A stretch of DNA of 64,000 bases from Stegostoma tigrinum (taxonomy: Eukaryota), in assembly GCF_030684315.1 (NCBI RefSeq), contig NC_081362.1:54463744-54527743 (forward strand), written 5' to 3'. The position numbers and the translations under genes were made by a program. Every line of letters starts with the position of its first letter. The first letter of the stretch is position 1. The notes below the pieces were generated by a model. The model was not told where the DNA came from. It saw only the letters and a list, made by a program, of their open reading frames with translations, and searched no databases. This document shows, piece after piece, positions 50,765-63,299 of the stretch.

Positions 50765-51850
50765 ATGAGAGGAGAGTGCTGATTAGTTGGCAAATAGACT
50801 CTGGTAGACGTGCATTAATAATTATTTAGCAAATGTTGTCCAGTTGTGGAATCATGTCCAATGTTAGACATGTTTGAGTTTTGCATGATTAGCACACTCT
50901 GCTCGTTGTGAACAGTTAAAGGGACATGCTGTTTGGTATGATCTGCCAATCCTTGGAACGTACGGTGTACGTACTTCGCACCATATTGGCATTATAATTT
51001 ATAAACCACATTCCTCATTAATGTTGTTAGCAGAAAATATTTCTAGATTGATGCCAGCAGCTTAATACCACTCGTCACTAATGCAAAATAGCAGTATGAA
51101 ACAGTTTACTGGTTACTCAAAAGTTTGAGACAGTACTTTTCAGGACCAAAAATGATGGCCTTAGGTCAATTGTCAGGTTTGTGCAGAATGTAAAGTGGGA
51201 ATTTTGAGCATGATGTAAAGGTACCAGTGTATTGCTAGAACTGTACACCATATGCCCCAAAGAGTGAGGTGATATCCATCCAGCTGTTGACTACAAGCAA
51301 CATGCTGGCCATGCCCAACCAGCCTGCACTTGCAAAGCTCAAAAGTGTCCAGCATTAGATGTAATTCTGTATTTGAACAACCTTTACTGAATAATTCTGT
51401 GTGTGAATAATTAAGGTGGCGACCAATGTCGGATTGTTAATTTGGCTCACAGTGTAGCACATTTGTGTGTATGGGAAGCTTTGTATAATCATGCATTGGG
51501 CCTGTCCTTTGCAGTTAGGAGCATGAATGCACTGTACCTGTTTGATTTCAACAAAATGGGTGAAAACTATTCCCTTGTTCATTTCTAAAGGAGGTGTCTT
51601 CACTGATCACAATCAACCAACCTCATTCAGAATTTAAACAAAACTTGGCAGTTAACTGTCTGTCATCTAAGTGTTGCATTTGTCTCATCACAGCACTTCT
51701 GCCTATCAGAGTCCACTTGCCAACCAATCAGTACTCTCCTGCTATCCCGTATAAATGTTGTTTCCCCTTTACTAGGTAATTCTTGCAAATTGTCTTGCTG
51801 AATGCAAGACAAGAAGCCTTGACAAACTGTCCTTTATCGTCAATATACAA
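50765..51850 (+). mobile_element. Decayed Penelope-like element with GIY-YIG endonuclease remnant, 3' pLTR and inverted 5' arm
   Basis: From ~51354: IRCNSVFEQPLLNNSVCE*..DQCRIVNLAHSVAHLCVWEALYNHALG, like the PLE GIY-YIG C-terminus (SAIGQHL..F.I...A......LEA.YI....P.L). Inverted repeat 50770-50807 / 51703-51740. Hammerhead-like remnant at 51790-51825. Confidence 0.7.
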
Positions 51851-52288
51851 CCTTTTGTACTACAAAGACTTTTTTAAACAAGCTTATTAATAAGGCTGCA
51901 TTGTTTATCAACTGTCTTGTACATCTAGTACCATGGATAAGTAGCCAAAATTAATGCAGCTTTCCGAGTTGGTAAGGTTTTTAGGCTGCTCTGCTGAATA
52001 GGGTATAAGATGATAAGTGCTTTCCATCTTGAAAAGGGTGGAAATGACATTCCTGTCATTAAAATGCTTGTGCCCTGGTCATCTGTAACAGTGTGGCATC
52101 ATTGATTGCAATAAACTTGCAGCTCTCTATAACCTTGTTCTTCCATCTATTGAAGGAAGAAATACTATAGAGTGGGAAGAGAATGTTGATTCTTGAAAGT
52201 GGGTTATTCATCAGATTAAAGTGAAACAGAACACGGTACCTTTTATGAAATTACTGACAAAACTAAAAAGTTTTTTTTTGTTTTACAG

Positions 52289-52452
52289 GAGCATTCCCTC
52301 CTCCCAAAGGTCAAACTGTAGCAACTTCCAGAGCTATGACCCTTGACCCATTGTGGCTTTTCCTCATACAACTAATGGGATTTCTTTCTGGCTACATGTG
52401 GTATAACATTCTGAAGTATTTGTATCACTGCCTGACACTTTGGGAATTTTGA
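52289..52452 (+). CDS. LPGAT1: LPGAT1 last coding exon to stop codon
   Basis: Acceptor tttttttttgttttacAG. Translates (G)AFPPPKGQTVATSRAMTLDPLWLFLIQLMGFLSGYMWYNILKYLYHCLTLWEF* with TGA at 52450-52452. Matches the LPGAT1 C-terminal hydrophobic segment (GAFPP...MTL..LW.FLIQ...FLSGYMWYNI..Y.YHCL). Confidence 0.95.
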
Positions 52453-55110
52453 GAACTAAAACTTTGAATTTGGACTTGAACCCAAGCACGTATGTCAGTG
52501 TCCATGTGTGAATGTAAATGTTTCTTGAAGGATGATAAAAAAAAGGATGAAGTGGTTACCTGTTATTTTTCATCAAAATTTCTAGACTCAAATTTAAAAT
52601 ATAAAACCAGACCTTCAAGTCTACAACCTGGTGTTAAGGTTTACACGATCCTTAAGCATCCTTATGTTCAGTTATCCTTCATAGCCACAATATCCTCTTT
52701 GAGTGAAAAAAGGTTGGAGAGTGCTTCAGGTTACTGCAGTAAAAACCATACTGTCACTTCCAGTTGCTTCAGGAGGCAAAATTGCCAACATTCAAGACTG
52801 TCAGGAGCAAGCTCTTATCTCCTACCTTTTCCAAATTAAGATGACCCTGATGAGAAACTAGTGAAATCTGCCACTATTTTTTTTATATATTATTGGCAGG
52901 GAGAAGTTTGTTTTCATAGAGGTTAATTAATATACTTTTCGTTTATTCATGAGTACTGATCGAAAGCAACAATTCTAGTGATTGTAAGTCATTAATTATG
53001 ACATTGTTGACACTTAAATAGTTAGGAAGGCTGAAAACAAACCTTCAGTCTATTTCTAGTATGTATGACATGTTGTGAATAAAGTTTAGTTGAAATGACC
53101 GAATCAAGTAATGGAGCCAATCATGTAGTATCTTAGTTAGCGAGACGCTGCTAGTTGTAGTTAGTTCAGGACTATTACAGCACTACTATTGAAGAATAGT
53201 CAGACTATCAGAGAGCATGGAAAGTATTTCTTATAAGAGATTTCACACAATGGATTAGAAATATCAAAAAATATTTATAGTTTAAAGTATAAGCTAATCT
53301 TGGTACCTTTTACTACGCTCCTGTATTAAAACAGTGATTCTGGTTGCATCTTTTATGTACACGTTCTGTTGTTCAGTTCAATTGTGTAATTGTTACTGAT
53401 GGTTTGCGTGAATTGATGCAGATGTTTTTAAATCTTGACCAATTAATCTCTTGATTTGGAAGACGTCTTTGTCATTGTTCCATTTTGATGCTTGGAAATC
53501 ATGATTTAGTTTTCCAAGATTTAAAAAAAACCTTGTGTACTAACTAATTTCTTGAATTTCAGAATTTCAGTAATGCCCAGGCATTAAGATTAATATTTCA
53601 CTGCCTAACACTGGATTTTTGTCATCCACTTAGAAACCAGATCCATTGTTTTTTGGCCATTAGACCAAGGTAAAATGGCTCGGGTCAGGGAAAGGAAAAA
53701 TGCATTATTGTTTATAGTGTTTTATGATTGAAGGTAGACACACTGGTTTATTTATGACTTGAGAGTGTTATAGTTGTCTTAAAATAGTCCAAAAATGATG
53801 TAAAATATGGGTTGGCAAATATTAAATTGGTATATTTTTCATCCCATCAGAAATGAAGGAAATGTATTTGCTTAAGTCCTCCTTCCTTCATATGTGTCTT
53901 AGGAGCCTTGGAGGTATCAGTTCTCATGTATATTCCTGGGAGCACACGTAATGGTCCATTGCTTTGTGTTCCCTTTTGTTTATCTAGCCTTCCCCCACAC
54001 CAAGTATGCATCCAGTTGGTTAAGCATGTTCCTACATTGGCAAAAAAAAGGCAATTGGCAGCTTTTTCTGATCTTTACTGCAACCATACTTGGATGCAGC
54101 AGCCATCAAAAAGACAAATACCCTATTCTGATCAGCCAGAAATTTCAAAGGTCTGTTTGATAATCAGCATGTGGACTGGAAATGATTATGCATTATTAGT
54201 TAAAATATTTAATACAGGAGTTTGGAGCCCCTAACTGGATGCTGTTCAAATAGCTTTCTTTTGAAACCAGAAGTTAGAACAGCTTAAAAATACAGGCGTA
54301 TAGGAGAAAAGAACATTCAGCTAATTAAGCATGGTCTAGCATTTGTTTAAGATAAATTCTGCAATCTATACATCACAGATGCTGTCATGTTGAGTGCTTT
54401 GCACAAATACATAAAATCTGTAAATGCAAAATGTGATCACTCTTTTTCACTCGCCTCCAACCCCTACCTCACTCTCTCTGTAAGGAGACAGCTCTGAACT
54501 CTGTAACCTTTATCATACATGTGTTGGCTCTTGGCTACATTTAAATACCTAAACTTAAAAAGAGAAAGAAGTACAGGAATACTGCATTGACTGTTCTGAA
54601 TATACTGGGCCATTGTAAAAAATGATTTTATTTTTCATGTGCTCACTTTCAGTGTTAATTGTTGATTGAATGAACAGTCTGAAATCCTTATTTCTTCCAA
54701 TTCGATAGTTGGATACAATAGTAAAGCTGAAGCAGGAGCCTAGATATCAAAGTAGTGGTAAAATGGTTGTTGATATCTGCTTACGTGCCCTAAGGCGGTA
54801 CAGTATTAGCTGTTGACATGTTGTGATCATCAAGAAAGAAATGTTGGAATAATAATTTCAAGAGTTCTAGCAGGTTAAATAATTTTCTCCATATCTTAGG
54901 TCCTTGTATGTGTGGTGTGAGGCTCCAATACATTTGTATTTTGTTTTTGAAATGCATTTGAAATTTCTTGACTTGAGATTATCTGTTTCAGAATGTCAAT
55001 ATTTCTGCTTTAAGAAGCTTTAAAAAAAGTGTTTTAAAATGTTTTTATTATTACATCACTTGGCATATATGGGTTTTATTTTAAAAATAAATAAAACTAC
55101 TTCTGCCATT
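52453..55110 (+). other. LPGAT1: Probable LPGAT1 3' UTR (end uncertain; may extend to ~57000)
   Basis: About 2.6 kb of AT-rich sequence after the stop with no recognisable TE, ending in a U-rich stretch and overlapping AATAAA motifs. Confidence 0.6.
55086..55095 (+). terminator. Candidate polyadenylation signal (overlapping AATAAATAAA)
   Basis: AATAAA at 55086-55091 and 55090-55095 after U-rich upstream sequence. Alternative AATAAA motifs at 53078-53083 and 56980-56985. Confidence 0.5.
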
Positions 55111-55261
55111 TTAAGATTTATTATGAGCATCCTTAATGAAATTCCACTGGATATAATCTTAGGACTGTTTCTCAATAATAAGATTGACGTAACCCAAAAC
55201 AATTAAATTCTTGTGGAAAAATGACAGTGTAGGGCAGAAATTGTCAGGACAACTTGCGGAT

Positions 55262-55382
55262 GAAGGGTCTAGGCCTGAAACGTCAGCTTTTGTGCTCCTG
55301 AGATGCTGCTTGGCCTGCTGTGTTCATCCAGCTTCACACTTTATTATCTTGGATTCTCCAGCATCTGCAGTTTCCATTATCA
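55262..55382 (+). mobile_element. Single full Penelope pLTR arm (main family)
   Basis: gaagggtctaggcctgaaacgtcagc..ggattctccagcatctgcagtttccattatc; 8-bp TSD ttgcggat at 55254-55261 and 55383-55390. Confidence 0.85.
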
Positions 55383-56053
55383 TTGCGGATATCGCCCCTT
55401 TTCCTCTTTGTTTTCATACAGTAAGCCCACATTCCTTACAAATTAGTCATGTAGCTTACTCCAGCTTCAAAGTCGCAGGAATCCAATGCTGACTAATGTA
55501 AATCATTTATCTACTGCTGGTCAATTTCAAACCAAAATTGTGAAGACAACAAAATGGACTAAGATTTAAGTAAGCAAAATTTGCTGCCCTTTGCCATCCC
55601 AATCCCAGTTACACAGTTATCTCTCCTCGAACAAAAAGGGACCAACAAAATTTTGAACCACATTATTTAATTTTGCTGAACACTTCAGGTTTGAATTCAT
55701 CCTTCACGTTCTTCTACTGGAGGGGTAACAAGCTTAGGTTTGTTTATATGCTGCATTGGTGTTTTGAGGTCCCACTCCTCTCCTAGTATATGAGGACATT
55801 ACAAGTCATAACTTTGATCCATCCAGTGCCTCTCCCATGAAACCTCTACTGTGTGATTATACCTGTCTTAGTGTAGGTGCCGGAGTTACTCAAAGGTTGC
55901 AATCTGGAAGTATATAGGACTAACATACATAGATATGTTAAAATGTAAGATGCTACTAGGCTATGCTTTTTCAGAAAAGAATGATTGAAAGTTTGCATTT
56001 AAATTAATGCTATAATCTCCGTCAGGGTAAATTTTAAACCTTCCAAATTTTAC

Positions 56054-56340
56054 TGAATATCAATTGCTCACCAATCCATCTGTGTTGCTATCTTGTTTGG
56101 GTAAAATATAGAGGTGGAATGTACAGTGGAAAGAGCTCAGCAGTTTCTCATACAGAGGTCCTGTAACAAGAAGGAAATTAGTCATGTATTTGATAATGGT
56201 AGGTTCTTCTAAAGTTTTTGAGTGCTTTTTCCAGTTTTGACTTTAAACAGTAATATTCATCTTCTATGGTAATGTGTAACCTACTATTTACACTTTAAAT
56301 AAATTTAAATTTATTTAATCGAGGTTGGGGAAGTGGCAGA
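56054..56340 (+). repeat. Direct repeat, copy 1 (~287 bp)
   Basis: Matches 57727-58012 with about 10 differences by manual alignment. Confidence 0.95.
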
Positions 56341-57726
56341 GAAAACAAAGTATTGGACTTAACAGCACTCTCACATCCCCCACCACCCCCAAACCCCTCA
56401 ATTTTCCTTGAAGAATATTCACTGTCATTTTGTTCCCTGCCAACTTGTGGAATTTTTCTGGATATAATTGCGATTTTGCTGAAGCAATGCTGTTAGGTCA
56501 CAGAATTTTCCTGTAATAACATGCAGAACATGAAATGTAATTTTTGTGTGAAAACATTAATCTCTGTGTGAAGTCATACAACAATAGATTAACAAAGATA
56601 TCCAGGCATGTAGCAATCCATCAGGAAACTATAGATGAGAATATTTCTTGACCTAGCTTGCTAAATCCAAACCTGCTGGTTTTCTAGAGAGTTGAATCGA
56701 GGAGTTTGGAATCAAATAAAACTGAAACCATTCATGTTCAATCTTGCTGTTTATTTTCTATGAACACAAGATAAATATGGTTTACTGCTGTATATAAATT
56801 TTCCCCTTGCCTTTTACTTTTAAAACATGCTGTTTACAATGTTTTTAATCTTAACATTACATAAACCCTCAACCAGGTTACCATCAGTGTCAAACAGCAA
56901 AAACTCTTAATAACTTTGTACCTAATGTATTCACTGTTTTACAATTGTTGTATACTAAAATATGCACAGAAGGGGTAGTAATAAAATAATACAGTTAAAA
57001 TGTGTTATTTGAAGACTACTTCACCATTTCTAAATATAAGAACTTTTCAAGCTTGCCCTGTTATTTATATACACTAGTACAAAATAATTTCATATCTAGG
57101 TGTTCTAGATTGCATGTTGCTGTGTACAGTAATGTGTGAGAATTTCAATAAGCTCAATGCCGAGATTTTTTTTAATCCTCTGACTCCACTGTTGAGGGAA
57201 AAACTGTAGATTGATTCAATGTAGCCATATCTGCAATTGCTAGTTTGATCAAAATCAATAAATTTTTTACCTCAGGACAAAAGACAATTGTAGTTCATTC
57301 TCTCATTATTCATTGACTTGTCCTAATTGATGATGTTTGTGTTCTATGGTAAGATACAGATATAGCTTCAATAGAACGAGTTGGAAGGCATTCTTAGTTT
57401 AACTAGATTCATTCTAAAGTATCAAAAACAGGACTTTTGACATTGATTTCCCTCCAACTGTAATTAGAATAATTATTAGGCTTCTGCTCCTCTCTCTTCT
57501 GCATCAACAATAAATACAAAAATTGGTTTTCAGAGTTAAGAAGCATCTATCAATGGTGCAACATTGGTGAGACGATTAAATGTCATATAATTCAGCTAAT
57601 TGGCCTATGCTGTCTGAAGCAAAAATCTGAGGCACTCTACCTATGTATTCCCCCAATTCCCTAGTTTGCCCCTCAGCTCTGTTCACACGCACCCACATCC
57701 TTTACTGGAGCCTGTCAGCTTGTCCT

Positions 57727-58012
57727 TGAATATCAATTGCTCACCAATCCATCTGTGTTGCTATCTTGCTTGGGTAAAATATAGAGGTGGAATGGACAGC
57801 GGAAAGAGCTCAGCAGTTTCTCATACAGAGGTCCTCTAACAAGGAGGAAATTAGTCATGTATTTGATAATGGTAGGTTCTTCTAATGTTTTTGAGTGCTT
57901 TTTCCAGTTTTGACTTTAAACAGTAATATTCATCTTCTATGGTAATGTGTAACCTATTATTTACACTTTCAGAAATTTAAATTTATTTAATCGAGGTTGG
58001 GGAAGTGGCAGA
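57727..58012 (+). repeat. Direct repeat, copy 2 (~286 bp)
   Basis: Matches 56054-56340. Confidence 0.95.
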
Positions 58013-58659
58013 CCCCAGATTCACCTTCAAGTCCAATTGCTTTGAATCTGGCTTCCTTCTCTGGTTTGCCATTTGATTCCCCAGCAGCTATGCAGCGGGA
58101 CTTGCAGTATAATGGGGCTGAAAATTACTTCAAGCAATTCACAGCCCAGCCTCAACATAAATTTCCGACCAATGGCTTAGTTTTTGGGTGGTAACAACTT
58201 GCTTTGACTGAAGCCTCCAATCGGCAAATACCTTGCAGTTTATGCGTGGCCCAAGTTAGTCGGTTAGTTAACCATAACTGAGTCATTTCCTCCTATTTTT
58301 ATGGTGACTTCTATGAATATCTTGCTTTGTTTGATTCTCTTTGTCTCCCTTAAAACTTCTACCATCCCAGCCCTTGCCCATTGTAGAATATGTCCTGTTA
58401 TCGCCCATGTCTGAAGTGTGTTAAAAAGCACTTTGTAAATGTAAGGTAACCAATAATAATACTTTGTCTCTTGTCAACAGCCTACTTCTTATAATCATCA
58501 ATTGCCACTTCAATCCCTCAAAGCAGAAATCCTGGCTGTGAGGGATGAGGAAAGCCACTGCATTTCAGTAAAGAAAGCCTATCTCTTTTTCAGTAGTTGA
58601 GTTGGGGGTGGTTATTTTAAAGTTGTTTTATTACAGCCTTGTCTGTGATTAGGGTACAT

Positions 58660-60270
58660 TACTGATGAATTATAGAACTTATTAGAAAGGGTATTACGGG
58701 GGTATGAAGCACAAATTGGCTAGGCGGCTTTGGGGAACTTTATTAAAATGTTTCACGCTAGATAGGCAATGGCTAATATTTAAAGAACGTGAACAAATTC
58801 AACAATTATTCATTCCAATCTGGTGCATAGAGAAAACTGGAATGGTGGCTTAAACAGGCTTACAAATGAAATCAAGGAAATTGTTAGATCCAAGGAAGTG
58901 GCATATAATTTCCAGAAAAAGCAGCAAACCTGAAGACTGGAAGTATTTTAGAATGCAGCGAAAGACAAAAGGTTTGATCAAGAGGGAGGAAATATAATTT
59001 AGAGACAAAATTTACAGTGAAGGTGAAAACCAACCAAATATTTGAGGAGAAAAAGGTAATCAAGGTCTCATAGTCAGAAACCATGAAATGATCATGGGGA
59101 ACATAGAACAGCAGAAGAATTGAATACATACATTGGTTCTGTCCTCTCAAAAAAAGAACAAGCAACCTCACAAATGTTTAGAGAGCTAAGAGTTGAGCAA
59201 GAGGAGAAATTGCATTATAATCAGTATCATTTAATCAATCAGTAGCAATTAAATCTATCAGTAAGAAAAAAGTGCTATTGAAATTAATAGGGTTAAAGGC
59301 GGACAAATCACTCGTGCTTGATAATCTACATGGGACTGGGGGCATAGATTGAGAATTGGTTGACAAAGAGTGGGAATAGATGGGACTTTATCTGAATGGC
59401 AGCCATGGACTAGTGAAGTATGACAAAAACTGGTGCTTGGGTCTGAGCCATTCATGATATAAAGATGACCTGGATGAGAGAACTAAAAGCAACATTTCTA
59501 AGTTTCTGATGACGCAAAGCTGATTACATTGAGGAGAAGGCAAGGAAACTTCAAGATGAATCAGACCATTTGAGAAAGTAGGGAGAAACATGGCAGATGA
59601 ACCTGTGGCTCAATGTGAAGATGTACATTTAAGAGTGAAAAAAGAAAGGAAGGGTATGATTTAAGTGGTGATATATGTTGGACGTTGTAAATGTACAGGG
59701 TAGCCAGGCAGGTGCAGCAAGCAATTAGAAAGACGTGGAAAAGGATTTGATTTCAGAAGGTTGGATGTCTTACTGCACTTACTCAGGACCTTAATGAGAC
59801 CACACCTGGAGCATTGAGTGCAGTTTTGGTCTCTCCGCCTAAGAAAGGATATAATTACTTGGTTAATACTGGACATGTTAGGATTGTCCTTTGATGAAAG
59901 ACTCTTCATCTGGGCCTGAATTCACTAGAGTTTGGAAGGATAAGAGGGCTCTGATGGAAACATAAAATTTTAACCAGGTTAGACAGATCAAATGCGAAAA
60001 GTTTTTTTTTTGCCCTGGTTGTAGAGTCCAGGACCAGGGAGTCTCAGTATCAGGATAACTCCACTCAAAGGATATTGAACCTGTAGAATTATTTAACACA
60101 AGGCAGAAGAATATATCCAAGAAAGAGATAAATTTTTTAGATGGTAAACATGTCAGTGGGTATAGCAGAAGAGTGGAATATGGCATTGAGATAGCAAATC
60201 AACCATGATAATATTGAACAGCAGAGCAAACCTGAAGGGATGAATGGCCTACTGCTGTTCCTAGTTTCTA
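58660..60270 (+). mobile_element. Old CR1 LINE, heavily decayed
   Basis: gggttaaaggcggacaaatcac; aagtttctgatgacgcaaagc; gagaccacacctggagcattgagtgcagttttggtctc; 3' tail. Confidence 0.75.
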
Positions 60271-60549
60271 TGTAAATTTCATGTCTGCTTCAGTACACCT
60301 GGTTCTCTCAAAAGTGGATCCTTCATTCCTTGTAAGAAAAGGTTTACACAGTTGTTTGGTGCTAAAAATTGCAATTAACCCTTTTGTGCATAACAGGGTA
60401 ACTATTAATCTTAGAAGCAATGCATTAACATATCTTTCCTGAAAGTGAACCATACAAGTTGTGAGACAAGGCTGTACGTAAATGCACTATAAGTTATAAA
60501 ATGTAAGGAAATTTGTATGTATATAAGCATGTGCTAACCAGACTTCTTT

Positions 60550-60930
60550 AAAGCATTTTACAGCAAAGAAGCACTTTCAAAATACAGCTAATTGTAATGT
60601 AAGAAGAAAAGCAGTTAATTTGCACAAAATAAACGGCAATGCAATAACAACCAGACTGGCTACTCTGTACATCCACAATTTCCGATATATATCATTTAAA
60701 TACTAACCATGGCTTCAGGGAAAACAGCCCTTCTTTGAGACATTGCTATGGATATTTTTATATTCACCCAAGCAGGCAGATGAGACTTTGATTTCGTGTC
60801 TCAAGTTAATATATTCAGTAGCACAGCTCTTTAGGATTACATTGCATTTTTCTTGGCACTTTAAAGTTGAAGTGGTACAGGCATCCTCAATCTGCTGACA
60901 CAGCGCTGAGTACTACCAACTGAGCCACGG
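60550..60930 (-). mobile_element. DeuSINE (SacSINE1/AmnSINE-like)
   Basis: Minus-strand head ccgtggctcagttggtagtac; body atctgcctgcttgggtgaatataaaaatatccatagcaatg; tail ttacaattagc..tttgaaaagtgcttctttgctgtaaaatgcttt. Confidence 0.6.
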
Positions 60931-61211
60931 ATTGACAGAAGTTGGTTATGCAATGCTCCAACAAATGGAATACAATTTTTGGTGAAATTTAAGTTATTTT
61001 TGATGCTTTGCAATATCAGAAACAGTACATCATATGTATCTGCTTTCACTTTAACAACTGTCCTGGTTAGCTGTAATTGTATGGAGAGAAAAAGATAATC
61101 TCTCCCAGAAGTATCTGTGCTGCTGTGTGTTTCAGCTCAGAAGTTTAAAAACCTGATACTGAGCTCTGCTAGGTAGAGACTCCTTGGTGGGTATCCACTG
61201 CTGAATGAAAC

Positions 61212-61680
61212 ATAGAAGCGTGAATATATGAGCAGGATTAAGCCATTCAACCCCCTCAAGCCTGCTTTGCCATTCTATATGATCACAGCTGAGCATTGAG
61301 CTCAATTCCCTGATGCCATCCACCCTTTCATATCCTTTGATGCCGTTAGCCACAAGAGGTCTTTCTACCTCTTTCTTGAAAACACAATGTTTTGGCCTCA
61401 AGTACTTTATGGCCATGAATTCTGCAGGCTCACCTTTCTCTGGGTGAAGCAATTTCTCCTCATCTCAGTCCCACAGGGTCCCTTACCCTCAAACTATGAT
61501 CCCCTGGTATTGGGCTTTCCCCACAATCAGGCACATCCTTCTACATATAATCTGTTTAGTCCTATTAGTATTTTATAGATTTCTATGAGATCTCTCTTCA
61601 TTCCTCTAAATTTCAGTGAATGCAATCGTAACTGACTCAATGTCTCCTCATATTTAAGAGCTGCCATCCCAGGAAATAAG
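61212..61680 (-). mobile_element. CR1 3' fragment
   Basis: KKEVERPLVANGIKGY..IEWQSRLEGVEW; ctctgggtgaagcaatttctcctcatctc. Confidence 0.8.
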
Positions 61681-62250
61681 GCCATTGCAAAATATTATAA
61701 ATGTAGCTACATCTCAGTGTGACATAGTTTGATTGACAGAAGTCTGTTTGTATACCTTTATTCAAAGACTTTCCTTTTGGTTTCTTGGTGAAACACACTT
61801 TACTGGATGGTCTGTGTGGTTTGTGGGTTTAATCTGATGAGTTATAATTAATTTACAAATAGAATCTTTCTTTAACGACTGATGAACCACTGTTAATCTT
61901 GTAAAATTTTAGCACTATCTCCAAAACTTTGGGAATACAGACTAACAAGCAAAAGATGAAGTGTTCCTGGCTCTTACTTGCAACCAAGAATGAACACAAC
62001 ATATAAGGGGATACAGGCTTACTGTCCTGCAGTATAACAGAAACCTGTGCTCTGGAAAATCAGGTTGCTGGGAAACAACCTGCATACTTCAAGGAGGAAG
62101 TAAGCATTAAGAGTGGGAGTTTGTTTACAAGGTATGAATATTCATCCATTAAGTGCACATACGACCCAGTGATACTACTTACACCTCTAACTGAAAGATT
62201 CTCGAAAAGTCACACTGTAGCCCTTTCATGCAATTAAGACTGTAACCAGT

Positions 62251-62558
62251 GGGGCAGCTCAGTGGTTAGCACTACTGCCTCAGCACCAGTGATCCAGGTT
62301 CAATTCCATCCTCGGGCAACTGCCTGTGTGGACTTTGCACATTCTCCCCATGTCTGCGTAGGTTTCCTCAGGGTGCTCCAGTTTCCTCCCACAGTCCAAA
62401 GATGTGCAGGCTAGGTAGATTGTCCATGCTAATTTGCCCATAGTGTTCAGGGATGTGTAGGTTAGGTGGGTTACAGGAATGGGCCTGGGCAGGATGGTCA
62501 GAAGATTGGTGTGGACTTGTTGGGCCAAAGGGCCTGTTTTCACACTGTAGATATTCTT
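62251..62558 (+). mobile_element. HE1-type V-SINE
   Basis: gctcagtggttagcactactgcctcagcaccag..ggttcaattcc..tttcctcccacagtccaaagatgtgcagg..gggcctgttttcacactgtag. Confidence 0.9.
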
Positions 62559-63299
62559 CTAAAAGTGCAGCATGGTGGAAATTTCGTATCATTAGAAATG
62601 TCATAATTCAGAAGAAAATTAAACATTTTTTTGCTTGTGCAGTTAGACATAAGATGTCCCATATATTATTTGAAAACAAGGGAACATTCTGGATCTTGCT
62701 TAAAATGTATTTCATAATTGAGGATGATAGCAAAGGTACATGTCCAAGAAGACTACAAGTTGATTGGCTAGTGAATTTTGTATCCTCATTTCTAAAATTC
62801 ATTTTAGAAATTGGGACATTAAGAGTTTACTGAAAAGGATCAAGAAATATATTGTGTGTAATTTCATGTTGTCAACAGAAAGGAAGCAAGTAGCTGCTCA
62901 GTTTTCAAGTGGTAAAGTTTGTTGATAATAGTACAGTTTATCTAAAAAGTGCAGGAAAGCAGCTGGGCAGCAGAGTTCTTAAGTGCAAATCCTGTTCTAG
63001 CTGGGAATGTGGTTATCCAGCAAAGGCAAGCAGCCCAAAGTGTGTTTGTGTTGCCAGTAGCGGAAGCTTCATGTCCAGGTTTCAGAGCTAAAGAGGCATT
63101 TGGTATCACTACAACATATCTGTGAAGTCCAAGATTTGCAGTGTTGTATCACTGCTTAAGAGTGTACATGGAGAGAAGAAATGGGTGACCACCAGATAGT
63201 CACTCTCCAACAGTATTTAGTTTTGAATGCTGATAGAAATCATAGTTCATCTGAGAAGCACAAAAAGCCTAATCAATGACTCACCACTAGCCAGACAGT

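Noticed and set aside
52492-52839. 115-aa ORF after the LPGAT1 stop
   Set aside because: Lies in the 3' UTR with no recognisable homology; likely chance.
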